The translations under genes and the position numbers were made by a program. DNA of 61,574 nt, the filler included. It is 6 parts of 6 records of this genome, joined end to end, with 100 filler letters (N's around TTAATTAATTAA, not from the genome) between each part and the next. Parts side by side here need not be neighbours in the genome. Positions count along the whole stretch, not along the records: positions 1 to 12,857 come from DRR723986_14204; 5 more parts are not named here. The stretch is one strand, 5' to 3'. Below the pieces are notes generated by a model, which was not told the DNA's origin, searched no databases, and saw only the letters and a list, made by a program, of their open reading frames with translations. Numbering within the stretch: position 1 is the first letter of the stretch; each line of letters opens with the position of its first letter. Positions 1-11,830 of this stretch are shown here, piece after piece.

Positions 1-144
1 CCATTCATCATGAAACTCACCTTATTGTGAGGCCTTGTCTTGGCTAGGGGGCGAAAGCAGTCAGTGTAGAAAAAAATGCAATCGGCCTGTTTCACCAGCT
101 GGAATGGATGACAAATGCCAGCTGGCACGGCTAGTTTCAGAAGC

Positions 145-2463
145 ATGAAACCCGCCATTCACATCCTGTTTACTGTGCTCGCGGCTGCCATCATTTTTGC
201 CGCCGCCTCGATGGCTCAGACACCGCAAAATACAGTGGAGACCGAAATTTTGACTAACGCGCCAGACACTCTGCCGCTTGAACGCCTTTATGCGTCACCT
301 TCCCTATCCGGCCCCACAGCCCGAATGGTGAAATACTCCCCCGACGGAACACGCGTAACTTTCCTCAAATCGCGTGCTGACGAACAGAACCGGTTCGACC
401 TCTGGCAATATGACGTCTCGACCGGCACGCAGAGCATGCTGGTCGACTCAAGACTTCTCGAGCCCGAACCTGTGAACCTGTCAGAAGAGGAAAAAGCCCT
501 GCGGGAACGGATGCGAATTTCAGGCACGGTTGGAATTACCGACTATAGCTGGGGCTCGGCCGATACGATTCTCGTGCCGCTTGGCGGGGACCTGCACCTC
601 ATCTCGCTGTCAGAAGATGGACCGGTCGCGAGACAGCTGACTCACAGCGAAGCATTTGAATATGACGCCCGCATTTCTCCACGGGGGACTTATGTCAGCT
701 TTGTCAGGGATCGCGCCGTGTATGCCGTAGAGCTCGACACAGGAACAGAAATCCAGCTGACACCAAACGCCGTTCCGGACAAAGGTATCAGCTATGGCGT
801 CGCCGAGTTCGTGGCACAGGAAGAAATGAAGCGCTTCACGGGATATTGGTGGAGCCCGGACGAACGCTATGTCGCCTATACGGAAGTGGATGAAAGCGGG
901 GTCGACATTATTCCCCGCTTCGACATCGAGGCGGACAAGGTAACTGTCATTGAGCAACGTTATCCTCGCGCCGGAAGACCAAACGCCAATATCGCTCTAT
1001 ACGTACACGACCTGAAGAAAGGCCGCACAGACCGCATTTGTGAAACCGGGCCGAACGCCTATCTCGCTCGCGTTTACTGGACGAGCTCCAGTCTCTGGTT
1101 CCTGACCGTCAACAGAGAGCAAACAGAAATCCGTTACAATCGAACGGACTCTTCACCCTGGCGAATACGGTCTCCTTACAAGGAACAAAATGCCAAATGG
1201 GTAAATCTCTCGAAAGACTTCTTCGAACTCCCCGACGGACGCATTCTCCTGACGACGGAAGCCGGCGGCATGCGCCACGCAATCGCCATAGATCCGGAAG
1301 GGCATGGAGACACGAGCATCATTACCCCACCGGGCGAAGTGCTGAACGCCTTTCAAAAAGTCTCGCCCGATGGAAATACGCTCTATTACACCGGCTATGC
1401 TGATACAGTTCTGGAGCGGCATTTCTACAAAACCACAATTGGAAAAACCAATAAGCCTTCACCTCCTGCTCGCATCACTGAAGCCGGCAAGTCCTGGGAG
1501 ATACAGGTCAGCCCTGACGGGCAGAGCTTTGTTGGCACGTCCTCATCGCCCAGCCAGCCGCCACAAACAGGGCTCTACCGGATCGACGGTACACGTGTTG
1601 GCTGGATCGAAGAAAATGCACTCGATCAGAACCATCCATACACGCCATTCCTGTCGGGTCATGCAGAGCCGGAATTTGGCACCCTGAAGGCAGACGATGG
1701 ACAGGATCTCAATTACTCCCTCCTGAAACCGCCCAGCTTTGATGCCGCACTGAAATACCCGGTGATCATCGAAGTCTATGGCGGCCCACACGTACAGACG
1801 GTCACACGCAGCTGGGGCAGGCTGCCAGATCAGTACCTTGCCCGCCAGGGCTATATCGTATTCAGGCTCGACAATCGTGGCAGTGACAATCGCGGGCGAA
1901 AATTCGAAGATGTCATCTATCGCCGTACGGGCGGACCTGAAGTCCGGGATCAACTGGCCGGGGTCAACTGGCTGAAATTACAACCCTTTGTCGATTTCAA
2001 CCGGATTGCCATCAAGGGCGGATCGTACGGCGGTTACATGACCCTGATGACAATTCTGCAGGCTCCTGAAGGCACGTTTGCGGCGGCAATTTCTTCCGCA
2101 CCCGTCACGGACTGGAGCCTTTACGATACATTCTACACGGAACGCTACATGGGCACACCGGAAAGCAATCCGGACGGCTATGCCGCTTCCAACGTGCTGC
2201 CCCACGCTGGCAATCTGAACACCCCTCTCCTCCTGATCCACGGCATGGCAGACGACAACGTCACCTTCGATAATACCACTCGTCTGATGGCTGTTTTGCA
2301 GCAGGAGAAGAAAATGTTTGAACTGATGACCTATCCAGGTCAGAGGCACGGCATACGAGGCGAAGCATTGCAAATCCATGAGATGAAGACCGAACTGGAG
2401 TTCCTGAACCGGCACCTGAAAAGTGCCCCAAGTGCTCCAAACGGGTCACAAGGTCTTCCATGA
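145..2463 (+). CDS. S9B dipeptidyl-peptidase IV family serine peptidase, exported
   Basis: Signal peptide; DPPIV beta-propeller motifs (AEFVAQEEM, GYWWSPD, RYPRAG); nucleophile G-G-S-Y-G-G; DDNV Asp; late His. Start moved from 115 to ATG 145. Confidence 0.9.
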   Translation: MKPAIHILFTVLAAAIIFAAASMAQTPQNTVETEILTNAPDTLPLERLYASPSLSGPTARMVKYSPDGTRVTFLKSRADEQNRFDLWQYDVSTGTQSMLVDSRLLEPEPVNLSEEEKALRERMRISGTVGITDYSWGSADTILVPLGGDLHLISLSEDGPVARQLTHSEAFEYDARISPRGTYVSFVRDRAVYAVELDTGTEIQLTPNAVPDKGISYGVAEFVAQEEMKRFTGYWWSPDERYVAYTEVDESGVDIIPRFDIEADKVTVIEQRYPRAGRPNANIALYVHDLKKGRTDRICETGPNAYLARVYWTSSSLWFLTVNREQTEIRYNRTDSSPWRIRSPYKEQNAKWVNLSKDFFELPDGRILLTTEAGGMRHAIAIDPEGHGDTSIITPPGEVLNAFQKVSPDGNTLYYTGYADTVLERHFYKTTIGKTNKPSPPARITEAGKSWEIQVSPDGQSFVGTSSSPSQPPQTGLYRIDGTRVGWIEENALDQNHPYTPFLSGHAEPEFGTLKADDGQDLNYSLLKPPSFDAALKYPVIIEVYGGPHVQTVTRSWGRLPDQYLARQGYIVFRLDNRGSDNRGRKFEDVIYRRTGGPEVRDQLAGVNWLKLQPFVDFNRIAIKGGSYGGYMTLMTILQAPEGTFAAAISSAPVTDWSLYDTFYTERYMGTPESNPDGYAASNVLPHAGNLNTPLLLIHGMADDNVTFDNTTRLMAVLQQEKKMFELMTYPGQRHGIRGEALQIHEMKTELEFLNRHLKSAPSAPNGSQGLP

Positions 2464-2681
2464 TGGAGCTTCTCGACAAGCTGCCGCTCAGCCTCGCGAT
2501 CTTCGGATGCCTGACCCTCGGCCTGGCGCCATTTCTCCCTGAACCGCATATCTGGGAAAAACTGAAAATGCTTGCCGGCGGAACACTTCAGAAGCCTGTC
2601 GACATATTTGACCTTTGCTTCCATGCGGCGCCTTGGCTGCTTCTGGTCGCCAAACTGGCCCGCATGGCTGTAGTGAGATGA
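2460..2681 (+). CDS. small conserved membrane protein (LGLAPFxPEPH...DIFDL..H family), function unknown
   Basis: ATGA overlap with the peptidase stop; two hydrophobic segments; recognisable conserved motif. Confidence 0.75.
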   Translation: MMELLDKLPLSLAIFGCLTLGLAPFLPEPHIWEKLKMLAGGTLQKPVDIFDLCFHAAPWLLLVAKLARMAVVR

Positions 2682-2682
2682 C

Positions 2683-3249
2683 ATGAAGCCCTGGACAATT
2701 CTTTCCTCAAAACAGGTCATGCGAGACCGCTTCATGGGATTGCGGACTGACCGGTGTGTCCGTGAGGATGGACACATCGTTGAGGCGTATCATGTGACGG
2801 AGCTGACGGACTGGGTCACCGTCATTCCACTCACAGATGCCGGCAATATCGTTCTCATCCGGGAATACCGGCATGCCGCAGGCGTATTCACGCTCGGCCT
2901 GCCCGGTGGCGTCTCCGATCCGGGGGAGCTGGACTGGCCAGCCGTCGGCGCCCGGGAATTACGGGAGGAAACGGGCTACTCCGCCAGGGAGCTGCACCAT
3001 GTTGGCACCTGCTACCCCAACCCGGCGACACAGAATAACCGGCTGCACTACTACATCGCCCTGGGCTGCCAAATGACCAGTTCGCAATCACTGGACCCCA
3101 ATGAGGAGATAGAAGTTCTGGAAACGCCGTATGCTGATTTCCTGAACTATGGCGCCCTGGAAGTTCAGCACGCCTTGCACGCAGCGGCCCTCTTTTATGT
3201 CGAACGCTTTCTGACGCGTCACCCAGATCTGCACCCGCACCAGAAATAG
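2683..3249 (+). CDS. Nudix hydrolase (ADP-ribose pyrophosphatase-like)
   Basis: Nudix box GGVSDPGE...ARELREETGY; LDPNEEIEV. Confidence 0.9.
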   Translation: MKPWTILSSKQVMRDRFMGLRTDRCVREDGHIVEAYHVTELTDWVTVIPLTDAGNIVLIREYRHAAGVFTLGLPGGVSDPGELDWPAVGARELREETGYSARELHHVGTCYPNPATQNNRLHYYIALGCQMTSSQSLDPNEEIEVLETPYADFLNYGALEVQHALHAAALFYVERFLTRHPDLHPHQK

Positions 3250-3266
3250 CAACAGGAGGACAAAAC

Positions 3267-3686
3267 ATGCCCGCTTTCCAGCCCACCGCAGACCAGTTCC
3301 GCGCGTTTCGTGACGACCCCTATGACGGCCCCATTGCGCAGGTGAATATCCTCAAGTTCCGCGTGAAGGCGGAATACCAGCCAGATGATCCGGAATCAGG
3401 AAACGACGACCCCGGCAGCGTCGCCTATCAACGTTACGCTGATGCCTTTGGCAAAGCGGCAGCGGAAGTCGGCGGCCGGTGCCTGCTGATGGGCGAGGTC
3501 GAACGCTACTTCATCGGCAATGGCGACTGGGATGCCGTCATGGTGATGTTCTTTCCGGACCGTAAAGCCTTCATCGCAACCCTCAATCACCCCGACTATA
3601 AATCAATGGCACGCCATCGGGAGGCAGGTCTGTTGTGCCAGGAATTGCTGACAACACGCCCGGCCCGCGCCGAAGGGGTCCTTTAG
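3267..3686 (+). CDS. DUF1330-like protein
   Basis: SD AGGAGG; GPIAQVNILKF...AYQRY...GG...WD...HREAGL pattern. Confidence 0.75.
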   Translation: MPAFQPTADQFRAFRDDPYDGPIAQVNILKFRVKAEYQPDDPESGNDDPGSVAYQRYADAFGKAAAEVGGRCLLMGEVERYFIGNGDWDAVMVMFFPDRKAFIATLNHPDYKSMARHREAGLLCQELLTTRPARAEGVL

Positions 3687-4162
3687 GGCCGTCCTTCCGC
3701 TCACCTGACAATTGCACGTTCATCCCCGGTTTCGTCTCTGGCTTGAGGGATTATCGGGAATCTTGGTTCTCAGCGGATCTGCGCCTGCTATTCGGTCAGT
3801 CGAGCCACAAAGTCCTGCAGCGCAATCATTCAAAACGCTGAAGAAGGGATTTTGGCGCGACCGCCTATAATCATCTTGACGACGCCCCACGAGGGTCGAG
3901 AATTTTATTCAATTACTTCAATGACATAAAATGGCGTTTCCGCGTTTCCAAGTTCGCGACAGCGCATATTGCGCCTTTTCCACAGATCACGCCAGCACCC
4001 CAGATACACGAGCCTGCGTCCCGGTATTTTCTCCCAAGAGGCGATCATGTGTCCTTGTTAACACGGCGGTTGGATTCTCATGGTTAAACAAGGGGGCAAC
4101 TCGGTGACACCCCTATGTGGTCTGGTATAGTGATTGCACGATGCGGGGGTCGGGTAGATTAC

Positions 4163-5929
4163 ATGAAACGCCTTAGTATCATTCTGTTTTTTCTGCTGGT
4201 CGCAGCAGGTGTGTGGGGGTGGTTCCAACTGACCGCCCCGGCAAAACCGCTGGCCTTGGCTGAGCCTCTGCGTATTAACCAAGGGCTGGTTCTCGGCGGC
4301 ATCGATCCCAGAAATTCCGATATTCGGGTCTACAACGGCATCCCCTACGCGTCTGCGCGCCGCTGGTCGGTACCTGGTGCGCCACCCCAATGGGGCGCGA
4401 TGCCACGTGACGTGCGGACCTATGGCGCGGAATGCCTTCAGGCCCGGAAAGGCATGAACGGTTTCGTGAACGGCATTATTGATGGTGCCGGCCTTCCCTG
4501 GTGGAAGCGTTTTGCTGCCAAGAAATATATGGCGGCCATGCCCGCCCCGGCCGAAGCCGAAGACTGCCTCTTCATCAATGTCCGGACTTCGAATGTCGGT
4601 GGCGAAGCGCTGCTGCCGGTCATGGTTTGGATCCATGGTGGCAGCCATCAGGCTGGTGCTGGCTCCTCGGAATTCTACCAGGCTAACGCGCTGGTGGAGA
4701 ATGGCGTTGTGCTCGTCACATTCAATTACCGGCTTGGCCCATTCGGCTATCTGGCCCACCCCGCCTTGACCGAAGAAGCCGGTACATCTGGCAATTACGG
4801 CCTGATGGATCAGGCCGCAGCCCTCCGCTGGGTACGGGACAACATCCGCTCTTTTGGGGGCGACCCCGACAATGTCACCATTTTTGGTGAAAGCGCCGGC
4901 GCACAATCCATCAGTGAGCTGATGGCAGCCCCAATGGCGGACGGGCTCTATCACAAGGCCATCCTCGAAAGCGGGACAAGCAGCTACAACGCCAACTACC
5001 TCGACAAGGCCCCTCTGCCCGGATCGCGAAGCATGGAGTCCGTCGGCGAAGAATTCCTCAGCGCCTTCGTCGGCAAGGCAGCAACAGCTGCAGAACTGCG
5101 TTCCATTCCCGCCGCATCGATCGTCACTCGGGCGGAACAGCGCGTGGATCTCGTCGGCTACTTCGTTCCGAACGTCGATGGAAAACTCCTGCCGGACACG
5201 ATCGGCGCCACGATCCGCTCAGGCCAAGCCCCCAAAGTTCCCGTTCTCGCAGGCTACAATGCCGACGAAGGCAGTCTATTTTACGACGGCTTCCAGTCCC
5301 CCACCGTCCTGACCCGCAACATCACGGGTTCACTGGAAGAACGAGAGCAGCACCTGGCCGAAGTCTTCGGTGAAAATCCGGCTAAAGCCCTCCAGGCACT
5401 GTACGGTATGGACAAGCTGGCCACCTGGGACGAAGGCGCGGCCGACATGCTCGGCGATGACATGTTCGGCGTTCACATGCGCTTTCTCGGCAAGGCGAAC
5501 GCCATTTCCGGACATCCGACCTGGATGTATTTCTTTACCCGTGCGACGCCCACTCGCGGCCAGTCGATCGGCGCCTATCACGGTTCTGAAATCCCGTTCG
5601 TCTTTGGCTCGTCGTCACCTTTGCTGCCCATGTCCGACAAGGACGAGAAGCTCGCCGAAGCGATGCAGACCTACTGGACCAATTTTGCCCGCACCGGCGA
5701 TCCCAATGGGCTGGGGCTGCCCGAATGGCCAGCCTATGACCCGAACTCGGATGAGTGGCAGGTACTGGACCACGAAATCCTGACGGTTGCCGGTGTTCGG
5801 GCCCGCAAGCTGGATATTCTCGAAGAGCGCCTGATCGACCGGATCGATGCGGTTACCCGGGCCGCCTCGCCACAGGCGCCCTATGAAGCCACCCTGATGA
5901 CGACCGTGCCGAAATCAGGCGACGAGTAG
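4163..5929 (+). CDS. type-B carboxylesterase/lipase, membrane-anchored or exported
   Basis: GIPYA, EDCLFINV, WIHGG, NYRLG, GESAG nucleophile, AYHGSE His; N-terminal hydrophobic segment from ATG 4163. Confidence 0.92.
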   Translation: MKRLSIILFFLLVAAGVWGWFQLTAPAKPLALAEPLRINQGLVLGGIDPRNSDIRVYNGIPYASARRWSVPGAPPQWGAMPRDVRTYGAECLQARKGMNGFVNGIIDGAGLPWWKRFAAKKYMAAMPAPAEAEDCLFINVRTSNVGGEALLPVMVWIHGGSHQAGAGSSEFYQANALVENGVVLVTFNYRLGPFGYLAHPALTEEAGTSGNYGLMDQAAALRWVRDNIRSFGGDPDNVTIFGESAGAQSISELMAAPMADGLYHKAILESGTSSYNANYLDKAPLPGSRSMESVGEEFLSAFVGKAATAAELRSIPAASIVTRAEQRVDLVGYFVPNVDGKLLPDTIGATIRSGQAPKVPVLAGYNADEGSLFYDGFQSPTVLTRNITGSLEEREQHLAEVFGENPAKALQALYGMDKLATWDEGAADMLGDDMFGVHMRFLGKANAISGHPTWMYFFTRATPTRGQSIGAYHGSEIPFVFGSSSPLLPMSDKDEKLAEAMQTYWTNFARTGDPNGLGLPEWPAYDPNSDEWQVLDHEILTVAGVRARKLDILEERLIDRIDAVTRAASPQAPYEATLMTTVPKSGDE

Positions 5930-6394
5930 GATCTCGCAAATCGCGGTCAGTCCATCGCGGTCGATTTCATCAAACGCATCCGGCTCAGTCGAGTCGACAT
6001 CCAATACCGCCGCGAGCTGCCCCACCGCGTCGAATACCGGCACAACGATCTCGGAATTTGTGGCGGAATCACATGCAATGTGCCCCGGGAAGGCATGCAC
6101 GTCCGGCACGATAATCGGCTCCTGCGTCGCTGCCACATGACCGCAAACGCCTTTCCCGAAAGGTATCCGCAGGCAGCCAAGCGTTCCCTGGTACGGACCA
6201 ACCACGAGTTCACGCTCTTTCAGGGGGTCGACGACATAAAATCCGGTCCAGAAATAGCGCGGCCGGAAGGCCTGGGCCAGGATACAGCTCGCGGTCGCAT
6301 AGCGAGCCGTGACCGAGGTTTCTCCAGCGACCACGCTTTCAATTTCCGCTTTCAGGTCGCGATAAACCGCCGCCTTGTCCATGGTCTGCCTCAT
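5915..6394 (-). CDS. msrC: GAF-domain free methionine-(R)-sulfoxide reductase
   Basis: FWTGFY, GPYQG..CLRIPFGKGVCG, HIACDSATNSEIVVP, LDVDS. Confidence 0.85.
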   Translation of the reverse strand: MRQTMDKAAVYRDLKAEIESVVAGETSVTARYATASCILAQAFRPRYFWTGFYVVDPLKERELVVGPYQGTLGCLRIPFGKGVCGHVAATQEPIIVPDVHAFPGHIACDSATNSEIVVPVFDAVGQLAAVLDVDSTEPDAFDEIDRDGLTAICEILLVA

Positions 6395-6522
6395 CTCTGC
6401 CTTGGCTGCGCTATATCGGTTGGCCAGACCCGCTTCGCAATAGGGCGTTGAAGCCAGCTGCGACCTCTGAAATAGTCGGTCGGCAGAGGCAGGCGGTCCC
6501 GCCGCCAGCAGAGGAGTATCCG

Positions 6523-7356
6523 GTGCGGTTGAGGTTTAGGACAGGAACTGCCCTTGCGCTCGCCTGCCTGCTTGCCGGACCCATTTGGGCAAGCGCCGCA
6601 AACGCACAGGAAACAGGCGATGCGAATGCACCGCATGCCGGCCCGATCATCATCCCCCCGTCCGTTGACGCCGACCCTGTGCTGGACGACGAATTCGCTT
6701 ACGAAGCTGAAGACTGGCGGCCACAGACAGATCTCGATGCCCTGGACCGGGCCCATGCCGACTATCTCAATCGCCGAGACATGCAGCTGGAACGTCCGGA
6801 GTGGGAAGCTGAGCCAATTGATCCTCCAGACCCTCCGCCGCAATGGCTGAAATGGCTGGGCGATCTGCTCGGCAATCTGTCGCCGCTCTTTCAGTTCGTG
6901 TTCTACGCCGTCATTGCGGCGGTTGTGCTGGGTTTCCTGTACTTCGTGTTCGGCGAAGCGATCCGCGTCCGCTTTGGCAAGCGCGGAGAAGGTAAAGTGG
7001 ATGAGGGCGACGACATTCTGATCGACGTGCGCCCCGACGCGGGCATGGCGCGCGGCCTGCTTGAAGAAGCCGACGCGCTGGCACGCGCCGGCAAGTTCGC
7101 GGAAGCTGTTCACCTCCTCCTGTTCCGGTCCATCGAGGATATCCAGACCCGCCTCGAAGGCGGCGTGCCGAAATCGCTCACAGCTCGAGAGATCGGCGGC
7201 CTGCAACACCTGCCGGAACGTGCCAAAAGCGGCCTCGGCCCGATCATCCGGATCGTCGAGCGGAGCTTCTTCGGCGGGCGCCCCGTGGATTCAGAAGGAT
7301 GGCAGGAAGCACGTGCCTCCTATGAAGATTTCGCATTCGGTGAGGGCTGGGCATGA
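6523..7356 (+). CDS. DUF4129-domain membrane protein
   Basis: GTG after SD GAGGAG; C-terminal ADALARAG.FAEAVHLL...SLTARE...VERSFFGG pattern; first gene of the MoxR operon. Confidence 0.8.
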   Translation: MRLRFRTGTALALACLLAGPIWASAANAQETGDANAPHAGPIIIPPSVDADPVLDDEFAYEAEDWRPQTDLDALDRAHADYLNRRDMQLERPEWEAEPIDPPDPPPQWLKWLGDLLGNLSPLFQFVFYAVIAAVVLGFLYFVFGEAIRVRFGKRGEGKVDEGDDILIDVRPDAGMARGLLEEADALARAGKFAEAVHLLLFRSIEDIQTRLEGGVPKSLTAREIGGLQHLPERAKSGLGPIIRIVERSFFGGRPVDSEGWQEARASYEDFAFGEGWA

Positions 7357-8565
7357 GCGAGACCACGCAATCCTCTGCCGCACCATTTGCGGCGCGCACG
7401 GTTGCCATCCTGATTGCGGTGGCGGTCTTCTCCTTCGGGGCGATTATGGTGCTTGCCGGCTGGTCGCCGGAACTACGTGATCGCGACCGGGCAGGGGATC
7501 ACCCCTTCTCCACCTCCGCCATCGGATACAATGGCATCGTCCGGCTGCTGGAAGCACAGGGGTATCCGGTCGAGATCTCCCGTTTCAAAAGCAATCTGGA
7601 TGGGCATTACGGCCTGATGATCCTCACGCTCTCCACGCGCGGCATGGGCAAGTCTCTGAAGGAGTATGAGCTCCAATCGGATACCCTGATCGTCCTGCCC
7701 AAATGGTCAGGCATGGTCGACTGGACCAATCCGTCCCGCATGAAAGACACCGACCTCGCAAACGAAAGTTCGGTCGCCAGCGTGCTGGACGCATTGGGAA
7801 TCGAGGCCGAAGTCATACGGACTGATGTGCCCGGCCGCGTCGCCACACCCTTCGGACAAGCGACAATCAAACCGGATCTGCAGCTCCAGCTGCTCCAGTC
7901 GGAGGAACTGACGCCCATCATTCGCACAGGTGAGGGTGCCCTCCTGTCCCAGCTTCCCGGCCAGGACATCTACATTCTTGCCGACCCCGACCTGATAAAC
8001 ACGTTCGGTTTGGCGGAACGCGAGAATGCCCGTTTCGCGATGCAGATGATCAACATGATGCGCTATAGCGACGATGAGCCGATCATCTTTGACGCGACGC
8101 TGCATGGTTTCACACGGTCTGAAAACCTTCTGCAGATGATGTTCGACATCCCCTTCCTGGCAGTCACACTTGTCGCGCTGGCAGCGGCTCTGCTGCTCGG
8201 CTGGGCAGCCACGATCCGGTTCGGCCCGCCAGCCCGCGAGACCCGCGCGATTGCCCTGGGGAAGCAAGCACTCGCGGATAACTCGGCTGGTCTCGTGTCC
8301 ATGGCACGCCGCGAAACGCGGATGGCGCCCGGATACTTGTCCCTCATCCGCCGGCGTCTCAGCAAACAGATCGGCGCGCCTCGCAACCTCACCGAAGCCC
8401 AGTTATCTGAATTGTTTGACCGCCTTGGTCCGGAAGAAGTTTCTGGCAAGACGTTTTCACAGATTGAAGCCGGTCTGCGTGGCCCTGCCGCCAACCGGGA
8501 AGACTTGATGCACAAGGCCCGCGACCTCTGGCGCTGGCGCCGCGATATTCTCAGGAGATCCATGA

Positions 8566-8579
<14 letters not shown>
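7353..8579 (+). CDS. DUF4350-domain membrane protein
   Basis: N-terminal [35 protein letters not shown] overlap; operon position. Confidence 0.75.
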
Positions 8580-9518
<939 letters not shown>

Positions 9519-9522
<4 letters not shown>

Positions 9523-10832
9523 TCTCTCCGACCGCCCGCGCCATCTTCCTGATGCTGCTCGGCCTGCCGCTGATGGTCGGCATCGCCCTGCTGCGTCCGG
9601 ATCTCTGGACCCTTTCGGCCGGATGGATTGCACTGATCGGCGGTCTGATGGTTCTCGATGCCATGATCGGGCCGGCGCTCCGCGCTTTCGAAACCGATAT
9701 CGAGGCCCCGCCCATTCTCTATGCCGGAGACAGCGATCCGCTGCCGGTCACCTTCCGCTTCACGCGCGGCAGCCTCCCCGCACGGCTGGAGGTGCAACTG
9801 GAGACAAGCGAACTACTTGAAGACGTTCCCACGCGCGGCCTTCGCGGCTGGGAAGGGATTGAGCGCCGCTACGAATTTGCGCTCACGCCACTGCGCCGCG
9901 GCACGGCGAAACTGGTCCGCCTTTGGTGCCGCTGGCAGGGACCGCTGGGCCTCATCCAGAAGCGGCATATTCGCGATCTCGGCACAGAAATTGTCGTCAC
10001 GCCCAATATCCGCTGGGTGAAGGATGAAGCCGTCCGCCTGTTCTCGCGCGACGCCGAATTCGGCATCAAGACACAGATCGAGCGCGGCGACGGCAGCGAA
10101 TTCGACGCCCTGCGGGAGTTCGCCGCCGGCATGGACCGGCGCGCCATCGACTGGAAGCACTCCGCCCGGCACCGGCACTTGCTGGCCAAGGAATTCCGCA
10201 CCGAGCGCAACCACAATATCGTCTTCGCCTTCGACACCGGCCGCCTGATGAGCGAGCCGCTGGGCGGCGTGCCGAAGATCGACCGGGCGATCAATGCAGG
10301 CCTCCTTCTTTCTTATGTCTCCCTGCGCAATGGTGACCGGACGATGTATTTCGGCTTCGATGCGAAGCCCGGGCTTGCCAGCGGTTTCCAGTCCGGCTCC
10401 CGAAGTTTTCCGCGCATGCAGAGTCTCGCTGCCCGGCTCGACTATTCGGCAGAGGAATCCAATTACACACTTGCGCTTTCCACCCTGGCCAGCCAGCTGG
10501 AGCGACGCAGCCTGATCATCATCTTCTCCGACTTCGTCGATACCATCTCCGCTGAGCTGATGCTGGAGAATGTCCGCCGTCTGACTGACCGGCATCTGGT
10601 CCTGTTCGCAACCTTCGAAGACGAAGCCCTCTCCTCCATGGCGGATGCGCCACCGGAAACGACCGAGGATGTCTCCCGCGCTGTCATCGCAGGCAACCTC
10701 CTGTCCGAGCGCGATGTCGTTCTGCGGCGGCTGCAGCGCATGGGCGTGCAGATCATCGAAACCCGGCCGGAACACTTCGGCGGCGCACTACTCTCCCGGT
10801 ATCTTGAGATCAAGAGGAGGGACATGCTGTGA
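9519..10832 (+). CDS. DUF58 (VWA-like) protein
   Basis: EFDALREF..G...[20 protein letters not shown]; follows moxR. Confidence 0.92.
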
Positions 10833-11830
10833 GTGATATGCTGAAGTCCTACCGCTTCCGCGAAGAGCGGGAGTCCGACTGGCGCAAGCTGGACCTGATC
10901 CTTACCCGTGCCGAGAACTCCGGCGTGAAAGCGCTGTCAGATGAAGACATGATGGCGCTGCCGCATCTCTACCGGCAGGCCGTCTCGTCCCTTTCGGTCG
11001 CCCGCTCCATCTCGCTGGACCAAAATGTCATCACCTATCTGGAAGGCCTCTGCACGCGGGCTTATTTCTATGTCTACGGCGCACGCACCTCCCTTGGCGA
11101 GCGGATGGCACAATTCATTCGCGCCGACTGGCCGGAAGCTGTGCGCGGGGCGGTGCTCTCCACCATTCTCGCGGCCCTCTTCCTGTTCGGCGGCGCAGCG
11201 CTCGCCTTCTTCCTCTGCCTGCAGGACATGGACTGGTACTGGACCATCCATGGCCACAGTTTCGGCGAGATCCGCACACCGGACGCGACCGTGGACCAAC
11301 TGCGCTCCACGATCTACACCGAACCTGGCGAAATCGGACAGGACCGGCTGACCGCCTTTGCCGGTTTCCTGTTCAACAACAATGCACAGATCGCCTTGTT
11401 TGCCTTTGCGCTCGGTTTCGCGTTCGGCATACCGACCGCGTGGCTGCTGGTCTGGAACGGGATCATTCTGGGGTCCATGTATGCGGTCTTCTGGGACAAG
11501 GGCCTTGGCTATGAGTTCACCGGCTGGCTGCTGATCCATGGGGTCACGGAATTGTTTGCCATCGTGCTTGCAGGCGCAGGCGGGTTCGTCGTCGGCGGCG
11601 CGGTCGCATTCCCGGGACGAATGTCCCGCCTGACGTCTGCGAGGCAGTCCGGACAGAAAGCGGCGACCATAGCGATGGGCTGCGTGATCATGCTGATCAT
11701 CGCAGCGGTTCTGGAAGGCTTCGGACGCCAACTGATCAATTCCGATACGATCCGCTACGCCATCGCCGCCACCACGCTGGTGTTCTGGCTGCTGTATTTC
11801 TACCTTCCCCGGCAGAGGCCAGGCACATGA
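10829..11830 (+). CDS. stage II sporulation protein M (SpoIIM/DUF95) family membrane protein
   Basis: LFNNN, NGIILG, HGVTEL, AAVLEG motifs; multiple TMs. Confidence 0.9.
   Translation: MSDMLKSYRFREERESDWRKLDLILTRAENSGVKALSDEDMMALPHLYRQAVSSLSVARSISLDQNVITYLEGLCTRAYFYVYGARTSLGERMAQFIRADWPEAVRGAVLSTILAALFLFGGAALAFFLCLQDMDWYWTIHGHSFGEIRTPDATVDQLRSTIYTEPGEIGQDRLTAFAGFLFNNNAQIALFAFALGFAFGIPTAWLLVWNGIILGSMYAVFWDKGLGYEFTGWLLIHGVTELFAIVLAGAGGFVVGGAVAFPGRMSRLTSARQSGQKAATIAMGCVIMLIIAAVLEGFGRQLINSDTIRYAIAATTLVFWLLYFYLPRQRPGT

Noticed and set aside
3687-4162. Long intergenic region as a possible ncRNA
   Set aside because: No convincing terminator, repeat or recognisable RNA motif.
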